64,000 nt of DNA. Source: Nannocystis bainbridge (lineage in GTDB: Bacteria > Myxococcota_A > Polyangia > Nannocystales > Nannocystaceae). The translations under genes and the position numbers were made by a program. Of the stretch, positions 1-9,098 are shown one piece after another. The notes under the pieces were generated by a model, which saw nothing but the letters and a program-made list of their open reading frames with translations, was not told the origin of the DNA and did no database searches. How positions within the stretch are numbered: the first letter of the stretch is position 1; every line of letters begins with the position of its first letter. The stretch is from NCBI RefSeq assembly GCF_028368995.1, contig NZ_JAQNDL010000001.1, positions 4,320,001 through 4,384,000 of the forward strand. Reading direction: 5' to 3'.

Positions 1-263
1 TCGAGCACCGAGCGCACGCCGAAGCGGCGGAGGATGGCGGCGCGCGCGTCGCCCTCGGCTCGCATGCGTGACTCCTGACCCTCCGCGCTGTCGTGGTAGT
101 CGGGCGCGAGGTAGAGGGTCTCGAGCGCCTGCGGGTCGGGCAGCGGCGTGACGAACACGGTGCCGCAGCGGCGGCAGCGGGCGTGGTCGAAGTCGCGGAC
201 GCGGAACGCGAAGTCGGCGTGAGGGCCGTCGCAGGCCGGGCACGGGCGGACCGCCGAGTTCAC
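1..263 (-). CDS. Class I SAM-dependent methyltransferase with N-terminal Zn-binding Cys motifs (5' part; runs off window start)
   Basis: Not in ORF track. Manual translation from GTG at 263: MNSAVRPCPACDG...ARCRRCGTVFVTPLP...LY...DY...GVRSVL; CPxC/CxxC followed by start of a VL(E/D) motif I. Confidence 0.6.
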   Translation of the reverse strand, partial: MNSAVRPCPACDGPHADFAFRVRDFDHARCRRCGTVFVTPLPDPQALETLYLAPDYHDSAEGQESRMRAEGDARAAILRRFGVRSVL

Positions 264-338
264 GCCCACCTGATTAACACGGGCGGCGGAGGCTCGCCAG
301 CCCGCCGGCGACCCCGCCGTGCTAGGGTTCGAGCCCCC

Positions 339-2345
339 GTGGCCTACGTCGTCCTCGCCCGCAAGTACCGCCCGCAGCGCTTCGCCGACCTCGTCGGCCA
401 GGAGCACGTGACGCGCACGCTGGCGAACGCGATCGCCCACGACCGGGTCCACCACGCTTACCTCTTCTGCGGCGCGCGCGGCCTCGGCAAGACCACGGCC
501 GCGCGGCTGCTCGCCAAGTGCCTGGTGTGCGTCGAGGGCCCGACGATCGACCCGTGCAACGTCTGCAGCGAGTGCGTCGCGGTCACCGAGGGCCGCTCGG
601 TCGACGTCATCGAGATCGACGGCGCCAGCAACAACCGCGTCGAGGACGTTCGCAACATCCGCGAGCAGGTCCGCTACCTGCCGCAGACCGCCCGCCGCAA
701 GATCTACATCATCGACGAGGTGCACATGCTGACCGGCTCGGCCTTCAACGCGCTGTTGAAGACGCTCGAGGAGCCGCCGCCGCACGTCACCTTCATCTTC
801 GCCACCACCGAGGTCCACGAGCTGCCGGCGACGATCCTCTCGCGAGTGTCGCGCTTCGATTTCCGCCGGCTGTCGAGCGCGCAGCTCGTCGGTCACCTCA
901 AGTCGATCCTCGCCCGCGAGGGCGTCAGCGTCGAGGAGGCCGGGCTCTACACGGTCGCCCGCGCCGGTGACGGCTCGGTGCGCGACTCGCTGACGCTGCT
1001 CGACAAGGTCATCGCCTTCGCCAGCGACACCGGGAAGGTCAGCGCCGAGGAGGTCCGGGTCGTGCTCGGGGTCCCGAGCACGCTCGCGGTCGCCGGCCTC
1101 GTCGAGGCGGTGCTGGCCCGCGACGCCACCCTCACCTTGCGGCGCTTCGACGAGATCTTCACCTCCGGGCAAGATCTCCTGGCCCTCGCCCTCGAGCTCC
1201 TCAAGCACCTCCGCGACCTCACCGTCGTCAAGCTGACCGGCAGCCGCGACGTCCTGCTCGACGCCTCCGACCAGGAGTTCGAGCACCTCGGCCGCCAGGC
1301 CGCCGACGTCGAGGCCACCGCGCTGTCGCAGCTGTTCGACCGCTTCACCCGGGTCGTCGACGCCCTGCAGCGCACGCGCGTACCGCGGCTCGTGCTCGAG
1401 ATGGGTCTGCTCGACCTGGTCCACACCGAACCGCTCATGCCGCTCGGCGATCTCCTCGATCGCCTGGAGCAGATCTCGGCCCCGGGTCCGGGTCCGGGCG
1501 GCGGCGGCGGCGGCGGGTTCGCGCCCGGAGGGCCGCCGTCTCGCGGTTCGGGTGAGGCACCCAGACCTCAGCGACAGGCCCCAGATTTTCCGCCGCGGCC
1601 CCCGCAGCGCGCGAGCGGCGGGGACTCGATCGACAGCTTCCTCGCCAACCTGAAGCCGCCCATGAGCGCGGCTGCGAGCGCGCCGCCGCAATCGGTGAGT
1701 CCTCCGCCGCAACCGGCAAGCCCTCCGCCGCAGCGGCCGCCAGACCCACCGCGGGAGTCGGTCCCGCGAGCCGCTGCGCCCCCCGCTCCGACGCCCGTAC
1801 GCCGCCCGGAGCCCTCGCCGCCACCTCCGGCACCGCCTCCGCCGCAAGCGGCAGCCGTCGCAGCCGCGGCGGCCGAGGCGTGCGCCGTGTGCCCAGGCAG
1901 CCCGCGCGAGGCCACCGGCATGGCGATCGCCTGGGCCAGCCTGCCGCCGTTCGTGGCGTGGGAGGAGTTCCTGAACCGGGTGCGCCGCGAAGAGATGGCG
2001 ATCTTCGCCCTGCTGGCCGAGTTCGGGCTCCTGGGCCTCGGCGAGGGGGTCGTCCGGCTGATCGGCAGTACCTATTATCGCGACATGCTCCAGCAACACC
2101 GGGGGCAGATCGACGAGGCGCTGCATCTGCACATGGGGATGCCGTTCCGCCTCGAGCTGGTCGAGGGCGAGCCAGTGCTGCCGGAGACGCCGAGCCTGCG
2201 CCAGATCGAGCGCCAGCGGCAGGAGGCGCTACAGGCCGAGGTGCTGCAGGAGGCGCGCACGCACCCGCAGATCCAGGCGCTCCTGGCCCAATTCGAGGGG
2301 CAGCTCAAGCAGGTCCGGCCGCTGGGAGCGCCGCAGGCCAAGTGA
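339..2345 (+). CDS. dnaX: DNA polymerase III subunit gamma/tau
   Basis: GTG start at 339, YVVLARKYRPQRF, GARGLGKTT, Zn cysteines, EIDGASN, IIDEVHML, SVRD; long Pro-rich linker. Confidence 0.97.
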   Translation: MAYVVLARKYRPQRFADLVGQEHVTRTLANAIAHDRVHHAYLFCGARGLGKTTAARLLAKCLVCVEGPTIDPCNVCSECVAVTEGRSVDVIEIDGASNNRVEDVRNIREQVRYLPQTARRKIYIIDEVHMLTGSAFNALLKTLEEPPPHVTFIFATTEVHELPATILSRVSRFDFRRLSSAQLVGHLKSILAREGVSVEEAGLYTVARAGDGSVRDSLTLLDKVIAFASDTGKVSAEEVRVVLGVPSTLAVAGLVEAVLARDATLTLRRFDEIFTSGQDLLALALELLKHLRDLTVVKLTGSRDVLLDASDQEFEHLGRQAADVEATALSQLFDRFTRVVDALQRTRVPRLVLEMGLLDLVHTEPLMPLGDLLDRLEQISAPGPGPGGGGGGGFAPGGPPSRGSGEAPRPQRQAPDFPPRPPQRASGGDSIDSFLANLKPPMSAAASAPPQSVSPPPQPASPPPQRPPDPPRESVPRAAAPPAPTPVRRPEPSPPPPAPPPPQAAAVAAAAAEACAVCPGSPREATGMAIAWASLPPFVAWEEFLNRVRREEMAIFALLAEFGLLGLGEGVVRLIGSTYYRDMLQQHRGQIDEALHLHMGMPFRLELVEGEPVLPETPSLRQIERQRQEALQAEVLQEARTHPQIQALLAQFEGQLKQVRPLGAPQAK

Positions 2346-2433
2346 GCGACCGGAGCCAGGCAAGGGCGCTCAGGCGGGGCCACCGAGCCTTTTGGACCTG
2401 TGCCCCGGCGCTTTCCGGAGTAGGATGAGGCTC

Positions 2434-2760
2434 ATGAGCGAGTTTGACCTCGGAGCAATGATGCGGCAGGCGCAGGTTTTGCGCCAGCAGCTCGAGAGCA
2501 TGCAGCAGAACCTCGACCACGAGGTGGTCGAGGGCAGCGCGGGCAGCGGCCTGGTCAAGGCCAAGGCCTCGGGGACGCAGCGGCTCATCAGCATCGAGCT
2601 CGCCCCGGCGGCGATGACCGAGGACCGCGAGATGGTGCAGGACCTGATCGTCGCCGCGGTCAACAACGCGCTCGACAAGGCCAAGTCGCTGCAGCAGCAA
2701 CGGGTCGGCCACTTGATCCCTCCGGGCATGATGGGCCCCGGCGGCTTCCCCGGCCTGTGA
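2434..2760 (+). CDS. ybaB: YbaB/EbfC family nucleoid-associated protein
   Basis: MMRQAQ..., GSAGSGLVK, EDREMVQDLIVAAVNNAL; dnaX-ybaB-recR synteny. Confidence 0.93.
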   Translation: MSEFDLGAMMRQAQVLRQQLESMQQNLDHEVVEGSAGSGLVKAKASGTQRLISIELAPAAMTEDREMVQDLIVAAVNNALDKAKSLQQQRVGHLIPPGMMGPGGFPGL

Positions 2761-3362
2761 CCGGCGACGACGCGCAAAACCCCCTGCAGCGCCTGGCGGC
2801 GCTGCTGACCCGCTTGCCAGGGATCGGCGAAAAGACCGCGATGCGCCTGGCGCTGTCGCTGGTCAAGGCCGATGGCGACTACGTGACGGCGCTGGCCGAC
2901 GCGATCGCGGGCGTGCATCGTCAGGTCGGGCTGTGCGAGGTCTGCTTCGACCTGTGCAGCGGCGGGATCTGCGAGCGCTGCCGCGACAGGCGCCGCGACA
3001 CCGGCATCATCTGCGTCGTGGCGCAGCCGCAGGACCGGATGGCCATCGAGCGCACCGGCGCGTATCACGGGCTTTACCACGTGCTCCACGGGGTACTCGA
3101 CCCGCTCGGCGGCATCGGCCCCGACGAGCTGCGGGTCAAGGAGCTGCTGCGGCGGCTGCAGGGCGACGGTGTCCGCGAGGTCATCGTCGCCACGAGCCCC
3201 AACGTCGAGGGTGACGCCACCGCGGTGTATCTGGCGAAGCTGCTGCGCCCGCTGGGGGTTCAGGTCTCGCGGATCGCCAGCGGGGTCGCCGTTGGTGGAG
3301 AGCTCGAGTACGCCGACATGAACACCTTGAATCGGGCGCTCGCGGATCGGCGCGCGCTGTAG
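2757..3362 (+). CDS. recR: Recombination mediator RecR
   Basis: LPGIGEKTAMRLA HhH, C4 zinc finger, Toprim ATSPNVEGDATA, GGELEYAD. Confidence 0.97.
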   Translation: MTGDDAQNPLQRLAALLTRLPGIGEKTAMRLALSLVKADGDYVTALADAIAGVHRQVGLCEVCFDLCSGGICERCRDRRRDTGIICVVAQPQDRMAIERTGAYHGLYHVLHGVLDPLGGIGPDELRVKELLRRLQGDGVREVIVATSPNVEGDATAVYLAKLLRPLGVQVSRIASGVAVGGELEYADMNTLNRALADRRAL

Positions 3363-3617
3363 GGCCCGAGGGCGCGCGGAACGACTCGTCGCGAAGTCGG
3401 GGGTCTCGATGCCCACGCGCGCCATGGCCGCGGCACGCGGTCGAAGCGCCGCGCGCTCGTGTGACCTTGAAGGTCGGGCCATGGTCACGGAGACGCTTTA
3501 CGCCATCGTCGTCGAAGGCTGCCATCCGTGATGGACTTGCCCGGATGACTTTGTTACGGTTTTGGCGCCCATGGACATAGGTCCGGGTCCCCACGTCGAG
3601 CATCAGGAGTCTCACCC

Positions 3618-4106
3618 TTGAACCCGCTGAATCCCCAGCTCGTGATGTATGAAGTGCAGCAGAAGCAGATCCAGGTGGTCGCTGAGCGTCTGCATCAGGA
3701 CTCGCGAGCGAGAACGATTCTCCTCATCGACAAGAACGGACAGCTCGTCGCCGCCGCAGGCGACAGCGCCGCCCTCGACACGACCTCGTTGAGCTCTCTG
3801 GTCGCCGGCAACGTCGCCGCCACCGGTGGCATCGCCCAACTGCTGCGCGAGGACGAGTTCACCGCCCAGTTCCACGAGGGCAAGGGCATGTCGATCCACA
3901 TGTCGCTGGTGGGTCGGCGGATCATCCTGGTCGTGCTGTTCGACAAGAACACCACGCAGGGCTTGGTGCGCCTCCGCGTCAAGAAAGCTCAGGACGAGTT
4001 GGTCCCGATCTTCGAAGAGTTGGCGAAGCTGGCGACGACGCAGCCGTCCAGCCCGTTCGGGACGGAGATCACCGACCAGGACATCGACAACCTGTTCAAC
4101 GACTAG
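3618..4106 (+). CDS. mglB: MglB, roadblock-domain GAP of MglA
   Basis: DKNGQL, DTTSL, QFHEG, GLVRLR, C-terminal DIDNLF as in Myxococcus MglB; AGGAG before TTG. Confidence 0.95.
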   Translation: MNPLNPQLVMYEVQQKQIQVVAERLHQDSRARTILLIDKNGQLVAAAGDSAALDTTSLSSLVAGNVAATGGIAQLLREDEFTAQFHEGKGMSIHMSLVGRRIILVVLFDKNTTQGLVRLRVKKAQDELVPIFEELAKLATTQPSSPFGTEITDQDIDNLFND

Positions 4107-4115
4107 CGAGAACCG

Positions 4116-4703
4116 ATGTCGTTCATCAACTACAGCTCGCGCGAGATCAACTGCAAGCTCGTCTATTACGGGCCAGGACTCTGCGGCAAGACGACGAACC
4201 TGCAGTACATCTACAACAAGACGCGTCCGGAGGCGAAGGGCAAGATGATCTCGCTCGCCACCGAGACCGAGCGGACCTTGTTCTTCGACTTCCTGCCCCT
4301 CAGCCTCGGCGAGATCCGCGGCTTCAAGACGCGCTTCCACCTGTACACCGTCCCGGGCCAGGTGTTCTACGACGCGAGCCGCAAGCTGATCCTCAAGGGC
4401 GTCGACGGCGTGTGCTTCGTCGCCGACTCGCAAGACGCCCGCTACGACGCCAACATCGAGAGCCTCGAGAACCTGCGGATCAACCTCCAGGAGCAGGGCT
4501 ACGACCTCGATAAGCTGCCGTACGTGATGCAGTACAACAAGCGCGACCTCCCGAACGCGATGACGATCGAGGAGCTGTCCTCCACGCTCAACCCGACTCG
4601 CGTCCCCGAGTTCGAGGCCATCGCACCGAACGGTCAGGGCGTGTTCGACACGCTCAAGGCGCTCGCCAAGCAAGTGCTCGCCGAGCTGCGCAAGGGCACC
4701 TGA
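4116..4703 (+). CDS. mglA: MglA small GTPase (motility polarity)
   Basis: [47 protein letters not shown]; 195 aa. Confidence 0.98.
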   Translation: MSFINYSSREINCKLVYYGPGLCGKTTNLQYIYNKTRPEAKGKMISLATETERTLFFDFLPLSLGEIRGFKTRFHLYTVPGQVFYDASRKLILKGVDGVCFVADSQDARYDANIESLENLRINLQEQGYDLDKLPYVMQYNKRDLPNAMTIEELSSTLNPTRVPEFEAIAPNGQGVFDTLKALAKQVLAELRKGT

Positions 4704-4731
4704 TCCAGCGCGAGCGCAGCTCGCTCTCTGC

Positions 4732-4773
4732 TGTATTTCCGGACATGTTGCAACGGACAGGTCCCTTGCGACA
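4732..4773. repeat. Three phased 14-bp TGTC-N6-GACA-type units
   Basis: TGTATTTCCGGACA|TGTTGCAACGGACA|GGTCCCTTGCGACA. Confidence 0.75.
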
Positions 4774-5027
4774 GCCGCTTGTGGTGATCGCCGGCGCCGG
4801 TCGCGTGGCATGTCCGCGTGGAGATTAAAGTCACGGTTCATGGAGACGCGACTGCAGGCGGTGACGCTCTCCACCGCGGGACACCGGCCGCTCGCTCGAC
4901 GCGTTCTCCGCCTTACGGGCGCGAGAGGCCGAATTAATCAGTTGGAGCGCCTCTAACGCTGTGTATTATCCCCTCGTGTGGTCGCGCAGCCTCGCGCGAG
5001 CCGCCTGACCGAAGCGGAAGCCCCATC

Positions 5028-5948
5028 ATGGCCACGGAAGAATGGATTCAGGAGTCCCTCGCGCGGCTCGAGAGCCTCGAAGAGGAGCGGAAGAAGCACG
5101 AGGACGCGCTGGAGACTGCCAGCGATCCCGCCACGCTCCGCATGCACACGCAGGCCGTCGAGCGCCTCGAGGTGAAGATCCGGGCGCTCTACGCCGAGCT
5201 CGAAGCCGTCGCCGCTCAGGATGGTGGTGACGACTCCGACGACGATGCCGATGTCGCCGACAGCGACGACGACCTCGACGCCGCGCCCGAGCCGGTGCCC
5301 GTTCGTGCCGCGCCCGCCCGTCCCGCTCCCGCGCCGGCCGCTGCGCCCACGGCTTCTCCGTTCGGCTCCGCCGCGCCCGCGGCCTCTCCGTTCGGCTCCG
5401 CCGCGCCCGCAACCTCTCCGTTCGGCTCCGCTGCGCCCGCGGCGGCATCGTTCGACTCGGCACCGGTCTCGCCGTTCGGCGAAGTGCCCGCCGCGGCCCC
5501 GTTCGCCTCGGCCCCCGCCGAAATCCCCGCGTTCTCCCCGTCGCCCGCGGCCTCGTTCGACGCCGGCGACGATGTCGAGAGCAGCGGCTCGGGCAGCAAG
5601 ATCGGCATCATCATCGGCCTCGTCCTCGTGATCGGCGGCGCCGGTGCGTACTTCGCCCTCGGCCGCAAACCCGCCGAGGAGCCGGCCCCGCAGGTCGCTC
5701 CCACCGAGATCAAGGTGATCAAGAGCGGCGAGGTCCCGCCCGACACGCAGGGCCCGCGCACCGCCAAGGGCGGCGAAATCGACGCGACCCACGGCGCCCA
5801 CATCAAGGAGACGGACCGCCGTCCCAGCGGTGGCAGCGGCGGCGGCAGCAGCAACACCGCGCCCTCGTCGACCGAGCCGAAGAAGAAGAAGGAAGACAAG
5901 GCCACGAAGATCGAGTCGACCGACGACCCGCTGGCCGGCATCCGCTGA
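5028..5948 (+). CDS. Hypothetical single-pass membrane protein (coiled coil, acidic/Pro-Ala linker with SPFG repeats)
   Basis: N-terminal helical region, 30-bp repeats encoding ASPFGSAAPA, TM IGIIIGLVLVIGGAGAYFAL, strong GC3 bias. Confidence 0.8.
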   Translation: MATEEWIQESLARLESLEEERKKHEDALETASDPATLRMHTQAVERLEVKIRALYAELEAVAAQDGGDDSDDDADVADSDDDLDAAPEPVPVRAAPARPAPAPAAAPTASPFGSAAPAASPFGSAAPATSPFGSAAPAAASFDSAPVSPFGEVPAAAPFASAPAEIPAFSPSPAASFDAGDDVESSGSGSKIGIIIGLVLVIGGAGAYFALGRKPAEEPAPQVAPTEIKVIKSGEVPPDTQGPRTAKGGEIDATHGAHIKETDRRPSGGSGGGSSNTAPSSTEPKKKKEDKATKIESTDDPLAGIR

Positions 5949-5964
5949 GCCTCCTTCCCGTGCC

Positions 5965-6006
5965 TGCCTCAAGGGCCATGTCGCTTGCGACATGGCCCTT
6001 CGCACA
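5965..6006. repeat. Three phased 14-bp palindromic units
   Basis: TGCCTCAAGGGCCA|TGTCGCTTGCGACA|TGGCCCTTCGCACA. Confidence 0.75.
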
Positions 6007-6317
6007 TCTGGAGAGCGATTACTGGCTGTGCCTGGGGACCGATGAACGCTTCGATCGGGTCCTCGGTCGGCGGCGATCGTGCCACCACGAGCGCGTCATA
6101 CCTCGCGCGTCGCTCGTCAGGGCTGCCTCGAACCTCGTCTCAAGATCGTCGCGTCAGAGGACGGGCATCGGATTTCGGCCCGCATGCCTCCAGCTCTCTT
6201 TGACCTGGCAGACATCGGTCCGCGAGTCCGCGTCGCGTCACCACCTGCCGTCGAGCGAAGAGCCGCGCCTCGCTCACGGCGACGCTCGCGTGCGTCACCG
6301 AAGCGACAGCGAACCGC

Positions 6318-8051
6318 TCACTTCTCGTCGCTCTTCGGCTTCGGCGGCGCGCGGAACACCGGAGAGGGGCCCGTCGAGGGCGTCGAGCCGATCGCCGGCA
6401 GATCGAGCCGCGTCGTCCCGCGCGTGGGCAGGCCCGTGCGGGGCAACGCAGTGCCATGCGGCGGAGTGCTGACGTTGTTGAGCGACGGCAAGCTCGGCGC
6501 TGGCGGCTTGCTCGGCTCGTTGGTCGGCAACACGCCCAGCAGCGTCTGACGCCGGCGCACCATCGGCGCGTCGCTGTCAGGCTTGGCCTCGGGCGCGCTC
6601 GCGGCCGGCGTCACCGGCCCGGCCATGAACAGCGAAGTGGCGCGCGGAGCCGGGGCCGGCGGCACCGCGGCGGGAGCGGCCGGCCTCTCGGACTTCAGCT
6701 CGGGCGCGGCCCCCGGCGTGAACGGCATCGTCCCGCCGACGCGCGGCACCCCGATGATCGGCGGCGCCACAGGCAGCGGCGTGTGGCCGATGTCCGGCAT
6801 GATGAGGCTGGGCGGCGCCATCGGACCCGCGGGCACCTCGGAAGACAGCGCGGCGGCCACCGAGTCGATGCGGGGCTTCGAGTCGTCGCTGTTGCGATCG
6901 CGGAGCAGCTCCGACAGCGGCGGCGCCGACGTGTGCGGCATCGAGAACAGATCGATCTCGAGGCCCGGATGCGGCGCGTCGGGGTCGCGCTCGATCGGCG
7001 CCGTGGGCTTCGGCGGCGCCGCGGCGGGCACCGGCGCGGACGCCATCGGCCCGGTCTCGGCCGCCACGAACCGCCGCGTCGGCTCGGCGATCTCGGAGCG
7101 CGCGTCGTTCAGGGCCGTCTCGGTGGCCGTCGGCTCGCCGCCGCTGCCGATCTCGCCCGACACGATCTCGCTGGCCGCCGCCTCGCTCGAGACCACGATC
7201 GTCGTGCGCCGCGAACGGGCGCGACGCTCGCGACGCAGCTGCGCCTCGAGGTAGTCCTGCAGACCCTTGCGAGCGCGCTTGATCAGGTCGTCGGTCACCG
7301 GGTCGACCGCCGCGTCCTTGATAGCGATCTGCACCTGCTCGAGCAGCACCGACGCCTCGTCGATGCGCTCGAGCTTCTGCAGCGCGAGCGCCTGCGCGGC
7401 GAGGATCCGCGGGTTGTCGCCGATCGTCTTGCGCGCCGCCTCGACGTAGGCCAGCGCCTGCTTGAACTTCTTGCTCTCGATCGCCAGGACGATGCCGAGA
7501 TCGAGCTGGTCGCGCGGCCCGAGCAGGCCCGCCGTCGTCAGCTTCTGCAACAGGTCGCGGGCCTTGCCGCGCTCACCGGCGAGCACGTGCGCGTGGGCCT
7601 GCGCGCTGATCAACATCACCGCCTCGGGCTGGCCACACAGCTCGGCCGTCTCGGCGAAGCCGGCTGCGGCCGCGTGGCCGTCGCCCAGCTTGAGGTTGAG
7701 CAGCGCGAGCTGCAGCGTGCGCCACGCGGCCGGCGCGAACAGGCGGACGATCGGCCGCGTGGGCAACTCCGTGATCAGCTCGCTCGCGCGAGAGCGATCG
7801 GCGGCCAGCACCTCGCGGCCGAGCGCTTCGAGTCGGCCCGTCACCAGGCCCGGCAGCAGCAGGAACACACCGAAGCCCGCGAGCACGAAGCTGACGCGCG
7901 TCGGCGTCGTCGACATCAGCAGCCCGATCAGGACGAGGACCCCCGGCACGGCCCACTGCACGACCTTCCCCTGGACGGGGCGGGGGCTCCGCAGCCAGAG
8001 ATGCTGCGGGACCACGACGGCCGGGAGCTCGCTGTGTTTGGGACCTGCCAT
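6318..8051 (-). CDS. Hypothetical membrane-anchored TPR-like protein with Pro-rich C-terminus
   Basis: Two N-terminal TM helices, Ala/Leu helical repeats, low-complexity tail. Confidence 0.75.
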   Translation of the reverse strand: MAGPKHSELPAVVVPQHLWLRSPRPVQGKVVQWAVPGVLVLIGLLMSTTPTRVSFVLAGFGVFLLLPGLVTGRLEALGREVLAADRSRASELITELPTRPIVRLFAPAAWRTLQLALLNLKLGDGHAAAAGFAETAELCGQPEAVMLISAQAHAHVLAGERGKARDLLQKLTTAGLLGPRDQLDLGIVLAIESKKFKQALAYVEAARKTIGDNPRILAAQALALQKLERIDEASVLLEQVQIAIKDAAVDPVTDDLIKRARKGLQDYLEAQLRRERRARSRRTTIVVSSEAAASEIVSGEIGSGGEPTATETALNDARSEIAEPTRRFVAAETGPMASAPVPAAAPPKPTAPIERDPDAPHPGLEIDLFSMPHTSAPPLSELLRDRNSDDSKPRIDSVAAALSSEVPAGPMAPPSLIMPDIGHTPLPVAPPIIGVPRVGGTMPFTPGAAPELKSERPAAPAAVPPAPAPRATSLFMAGPVTPAASAPEAKPDSDAPMVRRRQTLLGVLPTNEPSKPPAPSLPSLNNVSTPPHGTALPRTGLPTRGTTRLDLPAIGSTPSTGPSPVFRAPPKPKSDEK

Positions 8052-8171
8052 GAGTTATCCGCAGCCGGGCATACCTAGATCGGCGCAGCCCTGCAAGCTA
8101 GTTTGCGCCCGCGCCGGCTTTTCGGGCGGACCGGCGACAGATCGCGTGGCACGCCTGCTAGAATCGCTCCG

Positions 8172-9098
8172 GTGAGCTCCCCACTCGACCTCGGCCGCTT
8201 CGTCCAGCGCCGTCAGCTCCGCGGCTACGAACAGGACCTCGCCCGCGGCAGCTACGCCTACGGTGTCGATCTTCGCCGCTTCCAGTGGCTCAGCCAATCG
8301 CTGGCGGCCCAAACCGCCATGCGCGCGCTCGAATTGCGGTGGAGTGAACATGCGACGTCGCTGATGACCGCAGGGGACCTACAGTACCCCGAAGGTGCCG
8401 AGAGTCTCCCGATTCTGCAAGAGCTCATCGGGATCGCCGAGCTCCTGCGAGCCGGTTTACCCGGCATCCGCTTCGTCTCTGCGAAGGCCCGCGCGTCGGG
8501 TATGTGGCCGCTCGTGGCGCCGCTCTCCAACTCTCGCGGTGGCGACGCTTGGCTCGTCCTCGACCACGACCGCCTGCAAGCAGAGGCCCCGGAGGTCCGC
8601 GCTTTCTTCCTCGCGCAGGGCCTCGCTCATCTGCAATGCGGCCACGGTGGCCTGTTCATGGCGCATCTCATGAGCGCGCGCGACCGCGTCACGCACGGCC
8701 TCGTCCGCGCCTTGCTCCGCTCGTGGAGTCAGGTCGCCGTTTTCTCGGCCGACCGCGCCGGCCTGCTCGCCGCGGGCGAGCTCGAACCCGCGTTGCTCGC
8801 CCTCGATCGACGCGGCAGGCCGCAGCCCGACTGGCTGCCCACGTTCTCGCCGCGAGCCGAGCGCGAGCGCGCCTTACGAGAGTTCGAGCGCAGCCGCGTC
8901 GTCGCGCGCATTCGCTCGCAACAACGCCACCGCCGCGAGCGAATCCCACCCGAGGAGATCGTCGCGGCGCTCGAGAGCGGCGAGGTCCCCGGCGCCGCTG
9001 CGCAGCCGGCGGACGCACCCGCCGCCGAGGTCCCGGCCGACGCCTGGCCGCTCGCGCGCTGTGATCAGCGCCTCACCACGCGACTGAGGCTCCTGTGA
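8172..9098 (+). CDS. M48 peptidase-like protein with degenerate catalytic motifs
   Basis: FFLAQGLAHLQCGH and WSQVAVFSADRAGLLA resemble M48 GHELGH and WSRxAExSADRAGLL; likely GTG start at 8172. Confidence 0.6.
   Translation: MSSPLDLGRFVQRRQLRGYEQDLARGSYAYGVDLRRFQWLSQSLAAQTAMRALELRWSEHATSLMTAGDLQYPEGAESLPILQELIGIAELLRAGLPGIRFVSAKARASGMWPLVAPLSNSRGGDAWLVLDHDRLQAEAPEVRAFFLAQGLAHLQCGHGGLFMAHLMSARDRVTHGLVRALLRSWSQVAVFSADRAGLLAAGELEPALLALDRRGRPQPDWLPTFSPRAERERALREFERSRVVARIRSQQRHRRERIPPEEIVAALESGEVPGAAAQPADAPAAEVPADAWPLARCDQRLTTRLRLL

Noticed and set aside
93-338. N-terminal extension of DnaX, and similar over-long starts for dnaA, uvrB, jag, the transaldolase and the 4Fe-4S gene
   Set aside because: Conserved N-termini or RBS positions indicate later starts; the DnaX extension overlaps a real minus-strand gene
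1440-1900. Programmed frameshift in dnaX producing gamma
   Set aside because: No A6G or poly-A/T slippery run seen; only a Pro/Gly-rich linker
339-4703. dnaX-ybaB-recR-mglBA linkage as a novelty
   Set aside because: dnaX-ybaB-recR is a widespread order, and I recall recR-mglBA adjacency in other myxobacteria
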